This document shows, one piece after another, positions 55,501-64,000 of a DNA stretch of 64,000 bases. The DNA comes from Nemertoderma westbladi (taxonomy: Eukaryota > Animalia > Xenacoelomorpha). The DNA lies in the NCBI GenBank assembly GCA_032718475.1, contig JAUCBJ010000968.1:24787-88786 (forward strand). The letters run 5' to 3'. The number at the start of each line of letters is the position of its first letter. Within the stretch, counting starts at the first letter, position 1. The notes below the pieces were generated by a model that searched no databases, was not told the DNA's origin, and was given only the letters and a program-made list of their open reading frames with translations. The position numbers and the translations under genes are program-made.

Positions 55501-58022
55501 AAACAGAGTGGAAGTGTTTACTGTGGAAGATCACCCATGGTGGTGAACAGGGATTCCTTTAGGAAACAGAGTGGAAGTGTTTACTGTGGAAGATCACCCA
55601 TGGTGGTGAACAGGCATTCCTTTAGGAAACAAAACAGAGTGGGAGTGTTTACTGTGGAAGATCACCCATGGTGGTGAACAGGCATTCCTTTAGGAAACAG
55701 AGTGGAAGTGTTTACTGTGGAAGATCACCCATGGTGGTGAACAGGCATTCCTTTAAGAAGCAGAGTGGAAGGGTTTACTGTGGAAGATCACCCATGGTGG
55801 TGAACAGGCATTCCTTTAGGAAACAGAGTGGAAGTGTTTACTGTGGAAGATCACCCATGGTGGTGAACAGGCATTCCTTTAGGAAACAGAGTGGAAGTGT
55901 TTACTGTGGAAGATCACCCATGGTGGTGAACTGGCATTCCTTTAAGAAGCAGAGTGGAAGGGTTTACTGTGGAAGATCACCCATGGTGGTGAACAGGCAT
56001 TCCTTTAGGAAACAGAGTGGAAGTGTTTACTGTGGAAGATCACCCATGGTGGTGAACATGCATTCCTTTAGGAAACAGAGTGGAAGGGTTTACTGTGGAA
56101 GATCACCCATGGTGGTGAACAGGCATTCCTTTAGGAAACAAAACGGAGTGGGAGTGTTTACTGTGGAAGATCACCCATGGTGGTGAACAGGCATTCCTTT
56201 AGGAAACAGAGTGGAAGTGTTTACTGTGGAAGATCACGCATGGTGGTGAACAGGCATTCCTTTAAGAAGCAGAGTGGAAGGGTTTACTGTGGAAGATCAC
56301 CCATGGTGGTGAACAGGCATTCCTTTAGGAAACAGAGTGGAAGTGTTTACTGTGGAAGATCACCCATGGTGGTGAACAGGCATTCCTTTAGGAAACAGAG
56401 TGGAAGTGTTTACTGCGGAAGATCACCCATGGTGGTGAACAGGCATTCCTTTAAGAAGCAGAGTGGAAGGGTTTACTGTGGAAGATCACCCATGGTGGTG
56501 AACAGGCATTCCTTTAGGAAACAGAATGGAAGGGTTTACTGTGGAAGATCACCCATGGTGGTGAACAAGCATTCCTTTAGGAAACAGAGTGGAAGGTTTT
56601 ACTGTGGAAGATCACCCATGGTGGTGAACAGGCATTCCTTTAGGAAACAGAATGGAAGGGTTTACTGTGGAAGATCACCCATGGTGGTGAACAAGCATTC
56701 CTTTAGGAAACAGAGTGGAAGTGTTTACTGTGGAAGATCACCCATGGTGGTGAACAGGCATTCCTTTAGGAAACAGAGTGGAAGGGTTTACTGTGGAAGA
56801 TCATCCATGGTGGTGAACAGGCATTCCTTTGCTTAACTTCCCTAAAACATTATCCGATTCATTTAATATTATTAGAGTTGTAGACAATAAATGATGGACA
56901 AAATATAAACAGGATGACCAATATTCCAATATTTAACAACAAAATTAATATTAGGTCTAATTATTTTTATAATATTATAAATTAAAATACGTTTTACCCC
57001 ATTTGCAGTAAGTTTGTTAAAAAGAACCATATTGTATTCATTTTCACTTTTATGACGTAGGCCTTTGTTATACTTCGCCTTGCTATACTGTGTACCGTAG
57101 TGTATTATAGGCCTACTACACTATATTCAGTACTAATTTATCAACACATCACCCATCTCATTTAATCCCGCGTCCCATGTCTGTTCGTGACTCGGAAACA
57201 GTTGACACTTACATAATCAAGTAAGGTTTCACTGAAATTCCACATTGCGTAAAATTACGAACAATTTAATTGATTAATTAACGAAACTCTTCTCAATGAA
57301 GTTCGACGAACCTACAGTACCGAAATATACCATTTTGTTTTCTAGACTCGCGATATGTCTGACTCGGGAGGGGCCCTTGGTCCTTGTAAGAACGGAGACC
57401 AACCTGATCTCTCGAATGCTAATTTTAGTCTGACTGTGTGTGAAGCCGGCGACATAGTCTTTCTCACAACAGATGGAGTCAGTGATAACTTTGATACATA
57501 TGTTTCTACGGGACAAGGCCATGGCGACTCTCAATGTAAGCAATAATTCGGTATAATTATCGCCTTGGCTAATAGAATGAGAATGACAATCAGATAATTA
57601 CACTTAGATGAGATGGTTAGATGATGGGAAGTATAGTTGTGTCAAAAGTTTCAATAATAATAGCTCATGTACTTTTTATAGGTACAACGTCTCCAACATT
57701 GTCACCAGAACAATATCACCAACAATTTCTCACGAACATGGAGAATCCTATATTAAAGTTTACAGAAGAGTTAGATGATCACGCCGTTACGGCTCGAGAT
57801 TTGGTTACCTGCCTGCAGTCGGCAGTTATCAAATGTACTTCTGACAAACGCCAGTTCATGGAGTTTATGCACAAAGAATTACAAACTTTAAATTCAAGGG
57901 AACAGCGGGTCAGACAAAAGGAATTAGTTGTCCAAGCGAAACGCTTACCTGGAAAACTAGACCACGCTACCGTTGTAGCATTTAAAATTACACAGCTGAG
58001 TTTTAAATTGACTCAAACGTAA
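49570..58022 (+). CDS. PP2C-like domain protein (Drosophila CG9801-like); exons 49570-49835, 52059-52283, 52767-53490, 53896-54161, 54534-54780, 57346-57535, 57682-58022
   Basis: GT-AG junctions with consistent phases (2,2,0,2,0,1). Motifs AYSGPHGGL, SLYE, GEPVADCF, LAIADGVSWG, TTLTVAVV, VGDS, RDMSDSGGALG, FLTTDGVSDNFD and PGKLDHATVVAF. The first exon and start codon are less certain. Confidence 0.88.
50268..51808. repeat. 46-bp intronic minisatellite (GTAGATCTGATATGACCTCATGTTTACTTCTCCAGCAGTGCCCAC[A/T])n, ~33 copies
   Basis: Unit read directly from the sequence. Confidence 0.97.
54862..55246 (+). mobile_element. Short 5'-truncated copy of the RTE-like LINE family found at 17259-19020
   Basis: ISNQTLYIIGGV...RFRFAEQCFRNEDHP matches ISNQTLYNIGGV...RLRFAGHCFRREDQP; shared 3' UTR GGGAGTTGTGGCGGTGC...; tagtagtaatagtag tail. 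Confidence 0.88.
55249..56837. repeat. 63-bp intronic minisatellite (AAACAGAGTGGAAGTGTTTACTGTGGAAGATCACCCATGGTGGTGAACAGGCATTCCTTTAGG)n, ~25 copies
   Basis: Unit read directly from the sequence. Confidence 0.97.
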
Positions 58023-58293
58023 AATAAAAAAGGTAACGTGGTCTAAGATAGTAACTTATTAGTTTTTAAGGTGCAAAACGACCATAAATTTTTTTTTTGT
58101 AAATATTAAGTATTTTACCAATTAGTAAACAACTCCCCATGGTATTTCTTACACAAAGTACCGATATCACCAGTTAACGTTTCTGATTATAGGCCTAATT
58201 GATAAAATGATGCAAAAAACGAGGCAATTCAGTGCGAAAATAAAAAGTTTAACTCCTTGGTAGGCCTATATTCTACTATATTAATATTATTAA

Positions 58294-59712
58294 TTATATA
58301 TAATCAAATAAATTATGTTTCCATACGGGGGTATCATCTACATAAGAAATGGCTGATTCCCCAGACACCTCTGGCCCTCTCTGGTTGTTAGTATCCCAGC
58401 CCCAGACTATCCTACTTTCTTTCCCCCTTTCCACTTTCATTATTTCCCAAAGTTTTCTTCTCTCCAAATAATCTCTATCCTTCCTGACCATATTTTTATG
58501 ACGTACGAGACGCAGTAAATAAATGTAGATTAGGAACGCGATGTTTGATCCGATAAATGTTAGGAAGCATATGGTAAACACGACTGAATCGACTAAATCG
58601 CCAAATTCCTGCATATCGGTTGTCACACCTTCATCTCCAGGACAGTCATCGCGAATTGATAAAGTCGCGTAGACCATAATCATCCCGGTAAGAAAACTCA
58701 CAGATGAGAGCGTGTACTTATCTATTAGAGTGAGGTAATTTATTGTCGGTAGATTGTTAGATGCCACTATCTTAACGGCAATAGCTGTCAGTAACAGAGT
58801 GATGGACAAGGCCAGACGATTTGCATGGTCACATCTCGATACCGAGAATGGAGTCATCGACAAAGACACAACCATTACCATGATAACTACTACGTTCCAT
58901 ATATAGTAACTGAATTTCCTTCGGGCTCTGGCCGTGGCTGTAATCTCCGGGTTTGAGGGCACCCAATCACGTACAATGTCCAGTCTACCCTGAACCAACT
59001 CAATATGTTTGTATAAAATCCAAGAGCTCGAGCTTCGGAAGGAATGCGTGTTGATCTCGCTCATGTTTTCAGGATCTTCTATCAGCGAAACTTCGCGGAT
59101 ACTTCTTTCGCTCCCGAGCGTGAGAGAAAGGTCTTGAATGTCAACCGGGAATGTTTGCAGTTCCATTCGCTCGTAAAACGTGCCCTTTTGCCGCCTCTTA
59201 AAAATCACCCATGGTTCTCCATCTTCGAACTTAACTTTCTTCCAGCACTCGCTTTTAGATGCTTCGCCTTCTTTATTAACGAATCGTAGACAAGGATCCC
59301 AGAAGTTTGACCAATTAATGTGCTTCAATTCATCTTCTGTGAATCCTTTGAAGGCTGGTTCACGCCACCTCGCTCTCACCATAACATCAGCTACAAACAA
59401 CTCACGTACCGTATCAACAACGCCTATATTTAGCAAAGAAAATTTTACGTATATTTCAACAGGGTAGTCTTTGTAATGGGATATAGAACCTCGCCTTGTC
59501 ACATCAATGGTAGGCTTAGTCACAGGCAAGTGAATGAGTTTCTCTACAAATGGTCGAGTTAATGAATCCTTTAACGCGGTAGTATTCTCTGTGATGCAGC
59601 GATTAAGTAATTCCAATAATTCACCGGTTGTTGGCGGACTTTCGTTCTTCCTATTCACAGAAACTCTGCCTTTGCTAAGAACCGACTTAACCTTGTTTTC
59701 GGGGGATTCCAT
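58294..59712 (-). CDS. Cys-less (Pro-loop) pentameric ligand-gated ion channel subunit, single coding exon as seen
   Basis: 472 aa with loop A FWDPCLRFVN, Pro-loop FYERMELQTFPVDIQDL (no Cys pair), pre-M1 RRKFSYYIWN, M2 NRLALSITLLLTAIAVK, M2-M3 LPTINYLTLIDKY and four hydrophobic segments. Confidence 0.92.
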   Translation of the reverse strand: MESPENKVKSVLSKGRVSVNRKNESPPTTGELLELLNRCITENTTALKDSLTRPFVEKLIHLPVTKPTIDVTRRGSISHYKDYPVEIYVKFSLLNIGVVDTVRELFVADVMVRARWREPAFKGFTEDELKHINWSNFWDPCLRFVNKEGEASKSECWKKVKFEDGEPWVIFKRRQKGTFYERMELQTFPVDIQDLSLTLGSERSIREVSLIEDPENMSEINTHSFRSSSSWILYKHIELVQGRLDIVRDWVPSNPEITATARARRKFSYYIWNVVVIMVMVVSLSMTPFSVSRCDHANRLALSITLLLTAIAVKIVASNNLPTINYLTLIDKYTLSSVSFLTGMIMVYATLSIRDDCPGDEGVTTDMQEFGDLVDSVVFTICFLTFIGSNIAFLIYIYLLRLVRHKNMVRKDRDYLERRKLWEIMKVERGKESRIVWGWDTNNQRGPEVSGESAISYVDDTPVWKHNLFDYI

Positions 59713-60255
59713 ACCATAATAACTGAACTGATTAAATCTTGAAATAAAACTTATCGATTCTTCGGGGACTTATAATTACCAATTATAATAATAATAATCA
59801 GCCTAGATTATCCCAAATCCCAACTGAATGTTGGTAGTTAAGCCAAGTAGTTTACAATTACAAATATCACATACAAATTAAGATGTGGCCAAGTAAATTT
59901 TAACCATATCTTTTAGCTTTGAGGCTGGAATTTACAATCAAATATTGTCTACTGACTAATAAAAATTGTGTTATTTTGAAGAGAAGTGAGAGAAGTGTTA
60001 TAGAACATTAGTAGATATTATTTATTAAGGTAGCTATTGTTTTTTCGTTTGTTTTTACTAGCGAAGTAAGCTATATTTTGAAATTATATAAAACATTTTG
60101 TAAAAACAAAGCTCTATGAGGTGCAAATATCCATTTTCGTAACAATTACAATTCATAATATAGTATATGTCGTATTCGTAACACTTTTTATTGCATTGTA
60201 TTATTCTTGGATAATAAATTAGGCTAATTAATCCAGCAACAATATAGTCTTGTTA

Positions 60256-61370
60256 ACCACCCCAACCAACAACACCTAGGCCTACATACGGACCACCCCA
60301 ACCAACAACACCTAGGCCTACATACGGACCACACCAACCAAGAACACCTAGGCCTACATACGGACCACACCAACCAACAACACCTAGGCCTACATACGGA
60401 CCACACCAACCAACAACACCTAGGCCTACATACGGACCACCCCAACCAACAACACCTAGGTCTACATACGGACCACCCCAACCAACAACACCTAGGCCTA
60501 CATACGGACCACCCCAACCAACAACACCTAGGCCTACATACGGACCACCCCAACCAACAACACCTAGGTCTACATACGGACCACCTCAACCAACAACACC
60601 TAGGTCTACATACGGACCACCTCAACCAACAACACCTAGGCCTACATACGGACCACCCCAACCAACAACACCTAGGTCTACATACGGACCACCCCAACCA
60701 ACAACACCTAGGTCTACATACGGACCACCACCAACCAACAACACCTAGGCCTACATACGGACCACCCCAACCAACAACACCTAGGCCTACATACGGACCA
60801 CCCCAACCAACAACACCTAGGCCTACATACGGACCACACCAACCAACAACACCTAGGCCTACATACGGACCACCCCAACCAACAACACCTAGGTCTACAT
60901 ACGGACCACCCCAACCAACAACACCTAGGCCTACATACGGACCACCCCAACCAACAACACCTAGGCCTACATACGGACCACCCCAACCAACAACACCTAG
61001 GCCTACATACGGACCACACCAACCAACAACACCTAGGCCTACATACGGACCACCCCAACCAACAACACCTAGGCCTACATACGGACCACCCCAACCAACA
61101 ACACCTAGGCCTACATACGGACCACCCCAACCAACAACACCTAGGCCTACATACGGACCACCCCAACCAACAACACCTAGGCCTACATACGGACCACACC
61201 AACCAACAACACCTAGGCCTACATACGGACCACCCCAACCAACAACACCTAGGCCTACATACGGACCACCCCAACCAACAACACCTAGGCCTACATACGG
61301 ACCACACCAACCAACAACACCTAGATCTACATACGGACAATCCCAACCAACAACACCTAGGCCTACATAC
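60256..61370. repeat. 36-bp minisatellite (CCAACCAACAACACCTAGGCCTACATACGGACCACC)n, ~31 copies
   Basis: Unit read directly; one unit has a 1-bp insertion near 60728. Confidence 0.97.
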
Positions 61371-62841
61371 GCAACATAAAAAAGTTTTAAACATTTTAAA
61401 TACAAACTATTACTTGCTAGAAAAAAATCAATTGCGCCATAAAAACACTAGCTACCATAAGTAATAATGTTTTAGAACACAATAATTTTTATTAGTCAGT
61501 ATCGCAATATCAGATTGTTAATATGTTCTAGAACATAATGAAATGCCATAAAACGCAATAAAAATACAACTATTCTCAGAACTTTGCTGTATACATAATA
61601 TACTAGTAACCGGTGTTTTAAAAATATACTTAAGACAATATAAAATAAATAAGAATATTTGAGAGTTTAAAAAAAAGTATATATTAATATTCTAGAACAA
61701 ATTATAATTGTTATATATATATACTGTATATATTTTATATATATAGAGAGAGGACCCTCTCACACGGAGCAACTTGTTTCTGAAACTTGTTGCTGGACCC
61801 CCTCACACACAGAAACTTGTTGCTCAAGAAAATAACAATTATTTCAAAATAAAAATAGCTACCATGTCCAGTTATTTATATTTAGTATAAAAGCCCTCCA
61901 ATTATCTAAAATTTTGCTAGTATAAAATTTCTAAAAATGTTGCTGGAGATGCTTGTTTCAGCAACTTGTTACTGGACTCCTCACACACAAACTTTTATTA
62001 CGCAAAGTTTCTGAGTGGGTCCAGAAACTTATTGCTGACACCAAAAATGTCCTCAAATTTATGGTGTCAGAGTTCCATAAGTTCCAACACTTTATGTCTC
62101 AGAGTTCCGTATGTCCCCTATTTTTGTCTCAGAGTTCCGTATGTCTCGCAACATTCAAATTTTCCATGTCCCCCATTTTTAAGTCAAAGAGTTCCGTATG
62201 TCCCCCGTTTTAGTTTTCTATAACACTACAATGATGTGGTTTCTATAGTATTGCCTCGAGAAGTTAAAATGAAGTTAAAAAGTCACTTGAGACTCTTTTG
62301 CATTACCAGTGCCTTATTTAGCTAGTCAATTCCAGCGTCATTGCTACTCTTTTGTAAGTTTAGCAATACATACTGTACAATAGAATAATGTAACTGTAAG
62401 AACAGCAGCAAACATTAAACGTATAAATAATATCACCACTGTCGTCTACACCATCTCCCATAATAGAACAACCATTTTTTAGCAAGTCCCCCCCCCCCCC
62501 CCCCCACCCTATTTTATTTGAAATTTATATCATATGCTACGAAATTTGGATTTTACAAGCCCGGTTTTACAATTTCTGAGTTGTTTCAATATAACAAGCA
62601 GTTAAAAAACACATTTTTTTTAGCCTTATTTAACCATCTACGTTGCCTTTAGTTTTCGTCTTTTGAATGTAATCCAGATATCATTATAATAGCCTTCATC
62701 TACAGATTCCGAATCTGAAAACCGCTTTAAATTTGACCAAAAATTGCCAAAAATATTATCAAATTACCAAGGTGTGAATTCTGAGACGTAAATCGTTATA
62801 ATTCTAATTTTTTTTGGCTTTATCGTAGAATATTAATTATT

Positions 62842-62976
62842 TATTACATGGGAAAAAAAGTCGAACATTTTTTTCATTATTCTCGAGGCATTTTATTTAC
62901 CGAGCGTCAGCGAGGTTAATAAAGGGTCGAGAGAATATGGAAAAAAAATGTTCTACGTTTTTTTCCCCATGTAATA
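62842..62976. repeat. Imperfect ~135-bp palindrome centred on CCGAGCGTCAGCGAGG, probably part of a non-autonomous DNA element
   Basis: TATTACATGGGAAAAAAAG...AACATTTTTTTC pairs with GAAAAAAAATGTT...TTTTTTTCCCCATGTAATA. Confidence 0.65.
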
Positions 62977-64000
62977 CGTAATTTTATTCTTAAATTGGTA
63001 TTTTTTGTTGCCTAATTCTATAATACAGTAGAAGATAGAGCGAAAGAGTGTTACAAAATAAATTGAACTGTAGTATTTATCTGTATTGCTTCCATAGTTA
63101 CTGCTATTCATATTATTTAACTCTTCAACTTCTGATGCTGCCTAACTCAGTGTTAAAATAATTTAGTGTTCTCGAATATTTATCACGTAACTAGAGAGCC
63201 GCTTAACAACATAAACCAATATTGGATATTGAATTCCGTGTTGGAGTTACAATAACTTTTGAGTGTGTGAATGGATTTTGCTCAAATTACTTGCAAACCT
63301 TTTCTACGCCGATGCTATTTCAATATATGTAATAAAATTTAAGAAATTCCACCAAAAATATTTTACTTTACTTTTTTCGCCGGAAAAAAAAGTAAAATCA
63401 ATGCAATCCTACGGGTTACTTTTTTTAAAAGTGTAACTTTTTCTCCCGATTTTGGGGTATATTCGAGCGAAAAAAGTAACAATTTAAGAATAATTATTAT
63501 TATTTAGTGAGCTTTTAAAACTCTCACCTTGTTTCATTTCATTTCATTACGGTAATTAATATTCTAGAATTGAGTAAAAAAACATCAGAATTAATAAAAA
63601 TATAGCGATTTGGGTCTCAAAATTTACACCTCAGTATTGGCCCTTTAAAAGTACGGGACATTCGTACCCAATTGTGAACTTTTATTGCATGTTGCCTGTA
63701 CTGTACAATGATATCCACAGCACATCTATGTGGATAAAATTGTGCTTGGGTTGACTTTACTTTACTTTACTTGTAGGGACTAGGTTACTTTTGAGAAAAC
63801 ACTAGGTATGTAGTGTAATTAAGACGGATTCATACGAAATAGTTTTCTTTATTTTATGATTTGAATTCTAATGTTTAGCGAATTGTGCGCAGGTACGGTG
63901 TTGAGTTCATGTTTAGGATAAAGCTGTATTATTAAGCTTAAATAAAATTATAAATATCAGACGAATTGCTGCATTGCTTATTTTTAACAGCGTGGTTTGT

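Noticed and set aside
55285-56836. ORFs with MVVNRHSFRKQSGSVYCGRSP repeats
   Set aside because: 63-bp minisatellite inside a PP2C-like intron, broken by 4-bp insertions.
60224-61405. Gly/Val/Trp or Cys-rich repeat ORFs, and a plus-strand QPTTPRPTYGPP reading resembling a cuticle or mucin protein
   Set aside because: 36-bp minisatellite with a 1-bp frameshift near 60728, no signal peptide and no convincing splice context.

Overview
AT-rich, repeat-dense eukaryotic (most likely invertebrate animal) genomic DNA with GT-AG introns; the organism cannot be identified from the sequence. It holds four protein-coding loci: the last four exons of a DEG/ENaC channel (+), an intronless PSMD9/Nas2 proteasome chaperone (+), a 7-exon PP2C-like (CG9801-type) gene (+) and an intronless Cys-less (Pro-loop) pentameric ligand-gated ion channel (-). 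The channel has no visible signal peptide, and its charge and Cys distribution suggests a possibly inverted membrane topology. About 40% of the window is tandem repeat (37, 33, 23-35, 27, 46, 63 and 36 bp units), and the very long repetitive ORFs in the track are artefacts of these arrays. A ~14 kb element with ~510-550 bp terminal inverted repeats and a target-site duplication (19439-33505) sits ~200 bp upstream of PSMD9. It contains a head-to-tail array of non-autonomous Helitrons whose 146-147 bp internal repeats each carry a CTCF-like motif. Paralogous copies in the window show TA to TA-N3/4-TA conversions that look like Tc1/mariner excision footprints. RTE-like LINE relics, a tRNA-derived SINE and MITEs are also present. 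All homology calls come from motif recognition by eye; no database search was run.
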